Source of the DNA: Myxococcales bacterium
GTDB lineage: Bacteria; Myxococcota; Myxococcia; Myxococcales; 40CM-4-68-19
Reading direction: 5' to 3'
DNA length: 47,338 nt
Assembly (NCBI GenBank): GCA_035651935.1
Contig: DASREU010000297.1
Location: forward strand, 1-47,338
Positions 1-9,330 of the stretch are shown in pieces. Each line of letters starts with the position of its first letter. Position 1 is the first letter of the stretch. Made by a program: the position numbers and the translations under genes. The notes beneath the pieces were generated by a model. It was given only the letters and a program-made list of their open reading frames with translations. It ran no database searches and had not been told where the DNA came from.

Positions 1-128
1 CGGGATGAACTCGAGCGCATGCCCGAGCTGCACGAGTGGTAGGGCTACCCGGCGGCGCTCGGGGCCATGGCCCTGACTGCCGGAGGCTTCCTCTTCTGGT
101 TCAACCGCCGCGGGTGGATGGACTGAGA

Positions 129-662
129 TCAGTTCGTGTTCGGCCGCACCTCGACGCAGGCGCCGGCCTCACAGACGCGGGCGCCCTTGCAGTCCGTGTC
201 CTTCGAGCACCCGGCAGGCGCATTCGTCATCCCCATCTTGCACTCCCGCACTCCCTCGCGCCCCCGGTCCTCGCTCACCAGCTGCAGCGCACTCCGCGCC
301 GACCAGAGCCCGATCTTCACTTCCTGCCAGACGAAGTAGCTCTCGCCCGCGCGCGCGTCGATGATGGCGGTGGAATCGTTTTCCGCCTTCGAGACCACGG
401 TGTGCGTTCCCGCCGGGATCGGCGTGTACAGATACGTCTTCGCCGCGGTGTCCCCGAGCGCGGCGCCGTCCAGGTTGACGCTCATCCGCACCGCTCCGCC
501 GAGGCTCTCGTTCCGGAACACGTAGAGGTTCGCGTGCCCCGGCGGTGGCGCCTGGAACTGCTTCGCCTGGGCATCGGCCTCGGGCGGCGCGAGCGGCACC
601 GAGGCGCAGGCGGAGGCAAGAACGGCAAGAGGCAGGATGACGAAGAGGCGGTTGCCGGCCAT
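129..662 (-). CDS. DUF2846-like lipoprotein with C-terminal 4-Cys module
   Basis: 177-aa ORF with a GGGAGGG Shine-Dalgarno about 7 nt upstream of the ATG. Signal peptide ends in lipobox LASAC. Central YVFR...LDG...PAGTHTV...GESYFVW pattern is typical of DUF2846 lipoproteins. C-terminal module is CSKDTDCKGARVCEAGAC. Confidence 0.75.
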   Translation of the reverse strand: MAGNRLFVILPLAVLASACASVPLAPPEADAQAKQFQAPPPGHANLYVFRNESLGGAVRMSVNLDGAALGDTAAKTYLYTPIPAGTHTVVSKAENDSTAIIDARAGESYFVWQEVKIGLWSARSALQLVSEDRGREGVRECKMGMTNAPAGCSKDTDCKGARVCEAGACVEVRPNTN

Positions 663-772
663 GAGAAACCCTCCCGCCCGGACGATATACCGGAGCGCGC
701 CGAGGCACGAAATTGACCCCTGGAAAGTCTGTTGGGTATCGTCACGGCGGCTTCGAGATCGGGGGGGATCAG

Positions 773-1435
773 GTGGTTACCGGAACCCGTGCATTCCCGG
801 CAGCGGCAATCTCTGTCCTGATCAGCGGCTGCTCCTGGGCGTTCATGACCAAGCCTCCGGAGACCGTGGCGACGCCCGCGTATCCGATCGACTGCACCAC
901 CAGCCGCGCGGCGCCCATCCTCGATACGATCTGCGTCGGCTATTTCATCGCGAACGGCATCTATCTCGCCTCGCTCGAGGACTGCTCGTCGGCCGGATTC
1001 GGGCAGAGCTGCGTGAACAGCAGCACGAAGGCCGGAGGGCTCCTGGTCTCGGCCGGGTTGGGCCTGCTCTGTGGCTTCTCCGCCGCATCCGGGTACGTGT
1101 ACGCCGCACGATGCGAGCAGAAGAAGGATCTCAACGCGCTGTGCATCAGCGGCGACCAGGAGAGCTGCCGGCGTCTGCGGCCCGGCTGGGTGCCGCAACC
1201 GGCCGGCGGCTCTTCTCCGCGGATGGCCCCGGACGTCGGCGGCTGCACCAAGGATACGGACTGCAAGGGCGATCGCATCTGCGTCTCCGCCGTCTGCGTC
1301 TCGCCGAACGAGCTGCCGCCTCCGGCGCCGTCGAAGCCACCTCCACCGCTCGCGCCCGCGCGGAACGCTCCGCAGTGCGAGCGGGACGCCGATTGCGCGG
1401 AAGGGATCTGCTACGACGGGGTCTGCCGCAGATAG
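773..1435 (+). CDS. Cys-rich lipoprotein, unknown function
   Basis: Track ORF is 713..1435. I prefer the in-frame GTG at 773, which is preceded by a G-rich purine run and gives signal peptide ...RAFPAAAISVLISGC with a lipobox. A Pro-rich linker is followed by two 4-Cys modules (CTKDTDCKGDRICVSAVC and CERDADCAEGICYDGVC). No family recognised. Confidence 0.6.
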   Translation: MVTGTRAFPAAAISVLISGCSWAFMTKPPETVATPAYPIDCTTSRAAPILDTICVGYFIANGIYLASLEDCSSAGFGQSCVNSSTKAGGLLVSAGLGLLCGFSAASGYVYAARCEQKKDLNALCISGDQESCRRLRPGWVPQPAGGSSPRMAPDVGGCTKDTDCKGDRICVSAVCVSPNELPPPAPSKPPPPLAPARNAPQCERDADCAEGICYDGVCRR

Positions 1436-1458
1436 CGCGCCGGCGCCGCCTTCGGACC

Positions 1459-2151
1459 TCAGCCGCCCTGGCGGGCTTCGGACGCGGGCGGCCGCTTCGA
1501 GAGAAACGGCGTGTCGAAGTTGTAGATGTTCTCGATGCTGACGTTGCGGAACCGCTCGTGCTGCAGCGACATCCGCTCCAGCTCCCAGACCAGCGCGCGC
1601 ACGTCCACCTCGCCGGCCCGCTTGCGGCGCTTGATCTCGCGGCGGATGACGGGAAAGATCTCGCGCGGGTGGTAGGTGAAGCTGGTGGAGAAATGGTACG
1701 TCCGCTCCACCGGGATCAGCCGCGCCTCGAAGAGGTCGCCGATCTCCAGGCCGTGCATCTGCCGGCGCTCGGTGACGTCGAAGTCGTCGCCGGTGATCGC
1801 GTCGCGGACGCGCACCTGCCCTTTTCCGGGGCGCGAGAAGAAGCCGCGCGTCGCGCGGTACTCATACAGGCTGAGCCGCGACTGCGTGCACCCGAGCAGC
1901 ACGTCCTTCGTCTGGCGGGGAAGCTCGGCGCCCTTCTCCCGAAGGAACCGCTCGACCGCGGTGGAGCCGTCGGGCTGCTTCCGGTCGAAGAGGAACCAGT
2001 TGAAGAAGGCCTGCATCCGCTGCTCGTAGCAGCGGTCGTCCTCGTGCACCTCGCCGCCGGTCCGCCCGAAGTACTCCTCGCGGGCGCGGACCAGGTCGGC
2101 GGGATCGCGCCCGAAGTGCTGCAGCAGCATGTCGACGTGAGGCTGGATCAT
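1459..2151 (-). CDS. hypothetical protein (230 aa), translationally coupled to carA
   Basis: Intact 230-aa ORF with non-repetitive composition. Its ATG overlaps the carA stop as ATGA at 2148-2151. No motif I can assign to a family. Confidence 0.7.
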   Translation of the reverse strand: MIQPHVDMLLQHFGRDPADLVRAREEYFGRTGGEVHEDDRCYEQRMQAFFNWFLFDRKQPDGSTAVERFLREKGAELPRQTKDVLLGCTQSRLSLYEYRATRGFFSRPGKGQVRVRDAITGDDFDVTERRQMHGLEIGDLFEARLIPVERTYHFSTSFTYHPREIFPVIRREIKRRKRAGEVDVRALVWELERMSLQHERFRNVSIENIYNFDTPFLSKRPPASEARQGG

Positions 2152-3257
2152 GCGCCGCCTTCGATCATCTGCACGAACCGGCGGAACAGGTAGCGGCTGT
2201 CGTGCGGACCCGGGTTGTCCTCGGGATGGTACTGGACGGCGAACATCTTCAGATCCGGGGCGGCGATGCCCTCGACGGTGTTGTCGTAGAGATTGACGTG
2301 CGTCACCTGCACCTTGCCTTCCAGCGACTGCTGGTCCACCGCAAAGCCGTGGTTCTGCGAGGTGAGGTCGATCTTGTCGCCGATCACGTCGCGGACGGGA
2401 TGGTTGGCGCCGCGATGTCCGAACTTCAGCTTGTAGGTCTTGCCGCCCATCGCCAAAGCGAGGATCTGGTTGCCCAGGCAGATCCCCATCACCGGGACCT
2501 TGCCCAGGAGCGCTCTCGCCTGCACGTCCGCGCCGGTGATCGCCGCGGGATCTCCGGGGCCGTTCGAGAGCACCACCCCGTCAGGCTTGCGGGCAAGGAT
2601 CTCGGCCGCCGGAGTCTTCGAGGGAACCACGGTGACCCCGCAGCCGACGTCCACGAGCTGGCGGAGGATCCCGCGCTTCACGCCGTAGTCGACCACCACC
2701 ACCTCGTACCGCCGCGGCTGCGGCTCCCGCCCCGCGACGCCCTGCTCCCACCGGTACGGCGCCTTGGTGGACACCCGGGTGGCGAGATCCTGTCCTTCCA
2801 TGCCGGGCGCCTTGCGGGCGCGTTCCACCAGCGCCGCCGCGGACGCGCCGCTGGAGTCGATGATCCCCTGCTGAGCGCCGGCGCTTCGCAGGACCCGGAC
2901 CAGCTTGCGGGTATCCACCCCCTCGATCCCGACCACGCCGTATCGCTCGAGGAACTGGGGCAGCGACTGCTGCGAGCGCCAGTTCGACGGCTCCTTGCAC
3001 ACGCGCCGCGCGATGAAGCCCGCCACCTGCGCCGTCTCCGCCTGCTCGTCGCCGGAGTGGATCCCGTAGTTGCCCACTTCGCTGACGGTGAAGGTGACGA
3101 GCTGGCCCGCGTACGAGGGATCGGTGAGGATCTCCTGGTACCCGGTATGGCTGGTGTTGAACACCACCTCGCCGACCGTCTCGCCCTCCGCGCCCACCGC
3201 GAAGCCTTCGAACACCTCGCCGCAGGCCAGCGCCAGCCTCGCCTTCTTCGCCGTCAC
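2148..3257 (-). CDS. carA: carbamoyl-phosphate synthase small (glutamine amidotransferase) subunit
   Basis: Carries VFNTSHTGYQEILTDPSYAGQ and the class-I GATase block GICLGNQ...H.NH.V. The start is set at GTG 3257, which overlaps the pyrC stop (GTGA at 3254-3257). The track ORF start at 3323 would run into pyrC. Confidence 0.95.
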   Translation of the reverse strand: MTAKKARLALACGEVFEGFAVGAEGETVGEVVFNTSHTGYQEILTDPSYAGQLVTFTVSEVGNYGIHSGDEQAETAQVAGFIARRVCKEPSNWRSQQSLPQFLERYGVVGIEGVDTRKLVRVLRSAGAQQGIIDSSGASAAALVERARKAPGMEGQDLATRVSTKAPYRWEQGVAGREPQPRRYEVVVVDYGVKRGILRQLVDVGCGVTVVPSKTPAAEILARKPDGVVLSNGPGDPAAITGADVQARALLGKVPVMGICLGNQILALAMGGKTYKLKFGHRGANHPVRDVIGDKIDLTSQNHGFAVDQQSLEGKVQVTHVNLYDNTVEGIAAPDLKMFAVQYHPEDNPGPHDSRYLFRRFVQMIEGGA

Positions 3258-4582
3258 TTGCTCTCCTCGTGTACCAGCTTGCCCGCCACGAACGTCTTCA
3301 CGACCTTCCCGCGCAATGTCCACCCCGTGAACGGAGTATTACGGGATTTGGACCAGGAGCGCAGCGGGTCTACTTTCCATTCGCGTTCCGAGTCGACGAC
3401 GATCACGTCGGCGATCGCACCGGCGCCGAGCGTTCCGTACGGCAGGCCGAAGCAGCGCGCGGCACCCACCGTGCACCGCTCCAGCGCCCGCGGGAGCGAG
3501 AGCTCGCCCGACCGCACCAGCGCGAGGGTCAGCGCCAGCGAAGTCTCGAGGCCGATGATCCCGTTCGCCGCCTGGACGAACTCCACCTGCTTGTCGAGCG
3601 CGCCGTGCGGCGCGTGATCGGTGGCGATCGCGTCGATGATCCCTTCCTCGAGCGCCGCGACGACCGCCTGCCGGTCGCTCTCGGCGCGCAGCGGCGGGTT
3701 CATCTTGGCGTTGGTGTCGTACGGATCGGCGGCCGGCTGTCCGGCGTGCGCCCGGGGCAGCCCGCCTGCGACCGCTTCCTCGGTGAGCGTGAAGTGGTGC
3801 GGAGCCGCTTCGGCGGTGACGTGGACGCCGCGAGCCTTCGCGTCCCGGATGGCGCGGACGCTCCCTTGCGCGCTCACGTGAGCGACGTGCAGGTGGGCGC
3901 CGGTCATCTCGGCGAGCAGGAGGTCGCGCTGCACCATCGCCACCTCGGCGGCCGCCGGCACCCCGCTGAGACCGAGGCGCGTCGCGATGGGTCCCTCGTT
4001 CATCGCGGCTCCCGCGCTGAGCGTCAGGTCCTCGGCGTGCACCATCACGGGGATGCCGAGGTCGCCCGCGTACTCGAGCGCGCGGCGCATCACGCCCGCC
4101 GACATCACCGGCCGCCCGTCGTCCGTGACGCAGACGCATCCCGCTTCCTTCAGCTCCGCCATGTCGGCGAGTTGCTCGCCCAGGGACCCGCGGGTGATCG
4201 CGCCCGCCGGCAGCACCCGGGCGAATCCGGCCTCCCGGCCCCGCGCCGCGACGAACCGGGCCAGCGCCGCGGAGTCGCAGACCGGCTTGGTGTTCGGCAT
4301 GGCGACGAGCGTGGTGACTCCGCCGGCCGCGGCGGCGCGCGCACCGGTGGCGATGGTCTCCTTCCCCTCCTCGCCAGGCTCCCGGAGATGGACGTGGAGG
4401 TCGACCAGACCCGGCAGCACCCACCGGCCACGGCAGTCGATCACCTGATGGACCAGCTTTTCCGCGGGCATCGCGGGCTGCTCGCGCACCTCGCGGATGT
4501 GGTCGCCGTCGATCAAGACCGTCCGGGTGCCGTCGATCCCGTTCGCCGGATCGATCACCCTGCCGGAATCGAGGAGGATCAC
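3254..4582 (-). CDS. pyrC: dihydroorotase
   Basis: Amidohydrolase motifs PGLVDLHVHLREPG, ...TDDG... and AIATDHAPH. The track ORF (575 aa) has an Arg/Pro-rich spurious N-terminal extension. GTG 4582 overlaps the pyrB stop (GTGA at 4579-4582). Confidence 0.92.
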   Translation of the reverse strand: MILLDSGRVIDPANGIDGTRTVLIDGDHIREVREQPAMPAEKLVHQVIDCRGRWVLPGLVDLHVHLREPGEEGKETIATGARAAAAGGVTTLVAMPNTKPVCDSAALARFVAARGREAGFARVLPAGAITRGSLGEQLADMAELKEAGCVCVTDDGRPVMSAGVMRRALEYAGDLGIPVMVHAEDLTLSAGAAMNEGPIATRLGLSGVPAAAEVAMVQRDLLLAEMTGAHLHVAHVSAQGSVRAIRDAKARGVHVTAEAAPHHFTLTEEAVAGGLPRAHAGQPAADPYDTNAKMNPPLRAESDRQAVVAALEEGIIDAIATDHAPHGALDKQVEFVQAANGIIGLETSLALTLALVRSGELSLPRALERCTVGAARCFGLPYGTLGAGAIADVIVVDSEREWKVDPLRSWSKSRNTPFTGWTLRGKVVKTFVAGKLVHEESK

Positions 4583-5529
4583 TTCGGCACCTCCGCGCGC
4601 AGGCAGAGCGCCAGCGCCGCCATCCGCACCGCCACCCCGGAGTCGACCTGGTCCATCACCAGGCTGCGCGGAGAATCGAGCACGTCGCTCGACAGCTCGA
4701 CGCCCCGGTTCACCGGGCCGGGATGCAGGACCAGGGCCTCCTTCGGCAGCATCGTCAGCGTCTGCGCGTTGAGCCCCCAGGTGCGGGCGTAGTCGCGGGC
4801 GCCGGGAAGCCGTGCGTCGGCGATGCGCTCGTTCTGGATCCGCAGCGCCATCACGGCATCGGCGCCGGTGAGCGCCTCGCGCAGCGAGCGGGCCACGGTG
4901 CAGCCGAGCCGTTCGATGCCCGCCGGGATCAACGTGGTGGGCCCTCCGACGCGGATCTGGGCGCCGAGCTTGCTCAGGCAATGGATGTTCGAGCGCGCCA
5001 CCCGGCTGTGGGCGATGTCGCCCACGATGGCCACGGTCTTTCCTTCCAGGGTGCCCCAGCGCTCGCGCAGGCTGAGCGCGTCGAGGAGTCCCTGGGTCGG
5101 GTGCTCGTGCGCGCCGTCGCCGGCATTGATCACGCTCGCCCGCACCACCCGGGCCACCAGGCGCGGCGCGCCGGCCGCGGGATGGCGCACCACCAGGGCG
5201 TCTGCTCCGATGGCGTCGAGATTGCGGACGGTATCCTCGAGCGACTCGCCCTTGGCGACGCTGGAGACGTCCTTCTGGAAGCTGAGCACGTCGGCCCCGA
5301 GCGTCTTCGCCGCCACCTCGAACGAGCTTCGCGTCCGCGTGCTGTTCTCGAAGAACAGGGTGACCACGCTCTTTCCGCGCAGCAGGCCCCGGCGGTCAGC
5401 GGGAGTCTCGCCGGCGCGCGCCTTCGCGCGTTCCCGCTTGAACCGGGCGGCGAGCGAGAGCAGCCCCTCGATCTGGCCGCGGGTCAGCGTCTCCAGCTCG
5501 AGCAGGTGCCTGGGGAACTCCAGTGCCAT
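4579..5529 (-). CDS. pyrB: aspartate carbamoyltransferase catalytic subunit
   Basis: STRTR carbamoyl-phosphate site (FFENSTRTRSSFE), HPTQ and HPGP motifs. ATG at 5529 gives MALEFPRHLL. The upstream part of the track ORF is Arg/Ser-rich and overlaps the preceding gene. Confidence 0.95.
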   Translation of the reverse strand: MALEFPRHLLELETLTRGQIEGLLSLAARFKRERAKARAGETPADRRGLLRGKSVVTLFFENSTRTRSSFEVAAKTLGADVLSFQKDVSSVAKGESLEDTVRNLDAIGADALVVRHPAAGAPRLVARVVRASVINAGDGAHEHPTQGLLDALSLRERWGTLEGKTVAIVGDIAHSRVARSNIHCLSKLGAQIRVGGPTTLIPAGIERLGCTVARSLREALTGADAVMALRIQNERIADARLPGARDYARTWGLNAQTLTMLPKEALVLHPGPVNRGVELSSDVLDSPRSLVMDQVDSGVAVRMAALALCLRAEVPK

Positions 5530-5530
5530 C

Positions 5531-6259
5531 TCAGACCCCATGCAGGAGCCGTCGCGCGAAGTGCGGCGAGAGCCCCGCCTCGAGGATCTTCCTCGCCGTC
5601 TTCTCGGCGTTGTAAGCGACGCGGTGGAACTCGACCACTTTCGCCTGGTCATCCCAGATGCCGTACCCGGCGCGCGGATCGTAGTCCCGCGGCTGTCCGC
5701 AGCTCCCGATGGAGACGAGGTACCGCTTCGCCTCGTCGATGCGCAGCCGCTCCGTCCAGACGTCCTTGACCGGGGTGCCGAGCACGAACGCTCGCTGCAG
5801 GTGGGAGTGGCCGATGAACGTCAGGCGCGCCAGCTTGTCGGCCCGCAACACCAGATCCTCCGCCTGCTCGAGCGCGAACACGTACTCGAACGCCTGGGGA
5901 TCGCGCGGGGAGGCGTGGCCATAGAACACCTCGCCATCCGGGTGCTGGTAGGGCAATCCGCGCAGCCACTGCATGTTCTCGGCGGAGAGCTGCAGCGCGG
6001 TCCAGTCCAGCACCTCGCGCGCGGCCGCGTAGTAGTAGCTGTAGTCCATCCGGCCGGCGACCGCGGCGTCGTGGTTCCCCAGCACCGTGAACTCGCACTT
6101 CGAGCGCACCAGGTCACAGGCGGCGTTGGGGTCTGCGCCGTAACCGACGGTATCTCCTAGACAAACGAAGCGGTCGACCTTCTGGCCTTCCGCCGCTGCG
6201 ATGCATGCCGTCAGCGCCTCCAGGTTGGCGTGGATGTCCGTCAGGATGGCGGTACGCAT
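5531..6259 (-). CDS. metallophosphoesterase family protein
   Basis: Calcineurin-like phosphoesterase motifs DIHAN, GDTVGYG, GNHD and GHSH. Its stop lies 1 nt before the pyrB ATG. Confidence 0.85.
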   Translation of the reverse strand: MRTAILTDIHANLEALTACIAAAEGQKVDRFVCLGDTVGYGADPNAACDLVRSKCEFTVLGNHDAAVAGRMDYSYYYAAAREVLDWTALQLSAENMQWLRGLPYQHPDGEVFYGHASPRDPQAFEYVFALEQAEDLVLRADKLARLTFIGHSHLQRAFVLGTPVKDVWTERLRIDEAKRYLVSIGSCGQPRDYDPRAGYGIWDDQAKVVEFHRVAYNAEKTARKILEAGLSPHFARRLLHGV

Positions 6260-6270
6260 CGGCGCCGCCC

Positions 6271-6299
6271 TGAGTACACCGCAAGCCTTTCGACTTCAA
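6271..6299 (-). promoter_or_regulatory. candidate sigma70-type promoter (TTGAAG-N17-TACTCA) for the metallophosphoesterase-pyr operon
   Basis: On the minus strand, TTGAAG is at 6299-6294 and TACTCA at 6276-6271, exactly 17 nt apart. The -10 ends 11 nt before the ATG at 6259 and there is no SD, so the transcript would be nearly leaderless. Sequence match only. Confidence 0.25.
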
Positions 6300-6365
6300 G
6301 CACGCCTGATCCGCCGTTTTCGGCGCGTCGCCGGGGGCTGCGCACCGCGAGATCCGCGTCGAGGC

Positions 6366-7289
6366 TCACCCGATATGGTCGGGCAGCTCGTCGAAATGTA
6401 CGAGCTGGCGGAAGGCGTCGAAGCGAAGTCGGACTTCCGCGAGCGTCAGATCGCGCAGCCGATCGAGGCTGAAGCGCTCGACGGTGAAGGAAGCGACGGT
6501 GGACCCCATCACCGTGGCCTGGCAGAGCGCTCCCGCGTCGGTCCGATCCAGGCGATCGAGCAGGCCGAGGAACCCCCCGGCGAAGGTGTCGCCCGCGCCG
6601 GTGGGATCGCGCACGTCTGCCAGGGGGAACGCCGGCGCGTAGAAGGAATGCTCGCCGGCGACGAGCAGCGCGCCGTACTCGCCGCGCTTGACCACCACCG
6701 CCTTCGCGCCCATCCGCTGCGCGGCATGCGCCGCCTTCATCACGTTGCTCTCCCCCGCGAGCTGGCGCACCTCGCCGTCGTTGACCATCAGCACGTCGAC
6801 GCGGGGCAAGAGCGCGAGGAGCTGAGCGCGCTTCGACGAGATCCAGTAGTTCATCGTATCGGCGCAGACCAGCCGCGGGCGCTCCACCTGATCGAGCACC
6901 CGCATCTGCAGCTCCGGATCGATGTTGCCGAGGAAGATGCGATCCGCCTTGCGCGCGGCAGGGCCGAGCCGCGGCGAGAAATGCTCGAAGACGTTGAGCT
7001 GCGTGTCGAGCGTCTCCGCCGCGTTCAGATCGAAGCCGTACCGGCCCTTCCAGCGGAAGGTCTTTCCCGCGACCTTCTCCAGCCCGTCCAGCTCCACGCC
7101 GCGCTTGCGCAGGAAGTCGAGCTCGCCGAGCGGGAAATCGTCGCCCACCACCCCGACGACGGAGACCTTGGCGAGCAGGCTCGCCGCTGCCGAGAAGTAG
7201 GTCGCGCTCCCGCCGAGCACGTCGTCGCGCTTTCCGAACGGGGTTTCGACCGAGTCGAGGGCGAGGCTGCCGACCACCAGGAGGCTCAT
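6366..7289 (-). CDS. PfkB-family carbohydrate/nucleoside kinase
   Basis: Begins MSLLVVGSLALD...GGSATY and has the C-terminal DPTGAGDTFAGGF PfkB signature. Its ATG overlaps the MTAP stop (ATGA at 7286-7289). The 998-aa track ORF is a composite artefact. Confidence 0.85.
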   Translation of the reverse strand: MSLLVVGSLALDSVETPFGKRDDVLGGSATYFSAAASLLAKVSVVGVVGDDFPLGELDFLRKRGVELDGLEKVAGKTFRWKGRYGFDLNAAETLDTQLNVFEHFSPRLGPAARKADRIFLGNIDPELQMRVLDQVERPRLVCADTMNYWISSKRAQLLALLPRVDVLMVNDGEVRQLAGESNVMKAAHAAQRMGAKAVVVKRGEYGALLVAGEHSFYAPAFPLADVRDPTGAGDTFAGGFLGLLDRLDRTDAGALCQATVMGSTVASFTVERFSLDRLRDLTLAEVRLRFDAFRQLVHFDELPDHIG

Positions 7290-8164
7290 GCGTGGAACCT
7301 GTCGCCGAGGAGCAACGCGAGGCGTTCGCGCGCCGCAGGGGGAATGCGGGAAGGCGCCGTCATCACCGCGGCGTCCAGAGCATGGCCGCACGCACAGGTG
7401 CGCTCGCGGATGCGGTCCAGCGTGAGCGCCGCGTTGCGGATCACCTCGCGCGAGGTGGCGATGTTGCGCTGCATGGTCTCGATCACCTGCGCCACGGTGA
7501 CGGCGTCGTGGCCGGGATGCCAGCAGTCGTAATCGGTGGCGAGCGCGACGGTCGCGTAGCAGACCTCCGCCTCCCGCGCGAGCCGTGCCTCGGGGAGCGC
7601 GGTCATGCCGATCACGTCGACCTTCCAGCTCCGGTACAGCTCGCTTTCGGCGCGGGTGGAGAACTGCGGTCCCTCGATGCAGACGTACGTCCCCCGGGGA
7701 TGCACCGTCGCACCCGCCGCGGCGCAGGCGGTTTTCAAGTGTCCATGGAGCTGGGGGCACACCGGATCCGAGAAGGCCACGTGGGCGACGACGCCGTCGC
7801 CGAAGAACGTCCTCGCGCGCTCCACGGTGCGATCGATGTACTGCGTGGGGAGGACGAGGTGCCCCGGGACGATCTCCTCCTTCATCGATCCGACGGCGGA
7901 GACGCTGATCACGCGCGTCACCCCCAGCTGCTTGAGCGCGTGCAGGTTCGCGCGATACGGGACCTCGCTCGGGGAGAAGCGGTGGCCCGCGCCATGGCGG
8001 GAGACGAACGCGATCTCCTGGTTGCCGAGGCGGCCGAGGAGGATCGGGTCGCTCGGATCGCCGAACGGCGTCCGCACGGTCTCGCTGCGGAGTCCGCCCA
8101 GGCCGGGCAGGTCGTAGAGCCCGGATCCGCCGATGATTCCAAGCACGGCGCGCGGGTGTCGCAC
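7286..8164 (-). CDS. mtnP: S-methyl-5'-thioadenosine phosphorylase
   Basis: GIIGGSGLYDL, TPFGDPSD and FVSRHGAGHRFSPSEVPYRANLHALKQLGV are typical of MTAP/PNP family 2. The start is GTG at 8164. An alternative GTG at 8146 cannot be excluded. Confidence 0.9.
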   Translation of the reverse strand: MRHPRAVLGIIGGSGLYDLPGLGGLRSETVRTPFGDPSDPILLGRLGNQEIAFVSRHGAGHRFSPSEVPYRANLHALKQLGVTRVISVSAVGSMKEEIVPGHLVLPTQYIDRTVERARTFFGDGVVAHVAFSDPVCPQLHGHLKTACAAAGATVHPRGTYVCIEGPQFSTRAESELYRSWKVDVIGMTALPEARLAREAEVCYATVALATDYDCWHPGHDAVTVAQVIETMQRNIATSREVIRNAALTLDRIRERTCACGHALDAAVMTAPSRIPPAARERLALLLGDRFHA

Positions 8165-8197
8165 GAGCCGCCACGCAGGTCAACGGAGAGATGGCGT

Positions 8198-9330
8198 CTA
8201 CGCTGCGTCGACGAAGTCCGGCCGGCCCGGAGCCGCCAGCCGCATCCGGAACAGCGCGCCGCCGCCCGGCGCGTCGTGCACCGAGACGTCGCCGCCGTGC
8301 GCGTCCGCCACCAGCTTCACCAGATACAGGCCGAGCCCGATCCCTCGCCGCTGCTTCCCCTGCTGCGCCTCCACCGAGCCGAACCGCTGGAAGATCGTCG
8401 CCTTGAGCGCATCGGGGATCCCGGCGCCGCGATCGGAGACCGACAGCTCGACCTCGCCGGCACGGTTGCGCGCAGCCACCACGATCTCGCTGCCCGCCGG
8501 GGTGTACTTGAGAGCGTTGGAGAGCAGGTTCTCCACCGAGCGCTGGGTCAGGCGCGCGTCGAGCGGTGCGCTCGCGTCGCCTTCGACCACTGCGCGGACC
8601 TGGACCTTCCGCCGCTTCGCCACCGGCTCGAGCGTCGCGATCGCGGCTCCGATGAGCGCCTGGAGATCCGTTTGCGCGCGGCGCGCGGTGACCGCGTTCT
8701 CCTCCAGCAGCCGCACCTGCAGCATCTCGTCGAGCGCGGAGCGGAGCGAGCCGGCGCACTGGAGGGCGCGGCGCAGGTCGCCTTCCTGCTGCTCGTGCTT
8801 CGGGGTCTCCACCGCCAGCTCCAGCGAGCTGATCACCCCGGAGAGCGGGTTGCGGAGGTCGTGCACGAGCAGCGAGACCAGGTCGTCCTTGAGCGCTTGC
8901 AGCCGGCGCAACTCTTCGACCTGCGCGCGGATCAGCGTCTCCTGCTCGCGGATGCGGAGGAAGCTGCGCACCCGGAGCAGCAGCTCCCGGCGATCGACCG
9001 GCTTGTGCAGGAAGTCGTCGGCGCCGGCCTCCAGGCCCTTGTTCCGGTGCTCCTGCTCGCCCAGGCCGGTGACGAGCACCACCGGCAGGAAGACGGAGCG
9101 CGGCTGCGCCTTGATCAGGCGGCAGGTCTCGAATCCGTCCTGGCCGGGCATCACCACGTCCAGAAGGACGAGATCGATCTTCTCCGTCTGCGCGATCTCC
9201 AGCGCAACGCTCCCCGAGTCGGCCTCGACGACCTCGTAGCGGGGCAGGAGCGCTCTCTGGAGCAGCCGGCGATTCGGCGCCTCGTCGTCCACCACCAGGA
9301 TGCGGGACTTCCTCTCCACCGCTTTCTGCA

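Noticed and set aside
1-42. A possible 3' end of a plus-strand gene (…RDELERMPELHEW-TAG) at the window edge.
   Set aside because: Only 13 codons are visible. There is no way to support coding status or identity.
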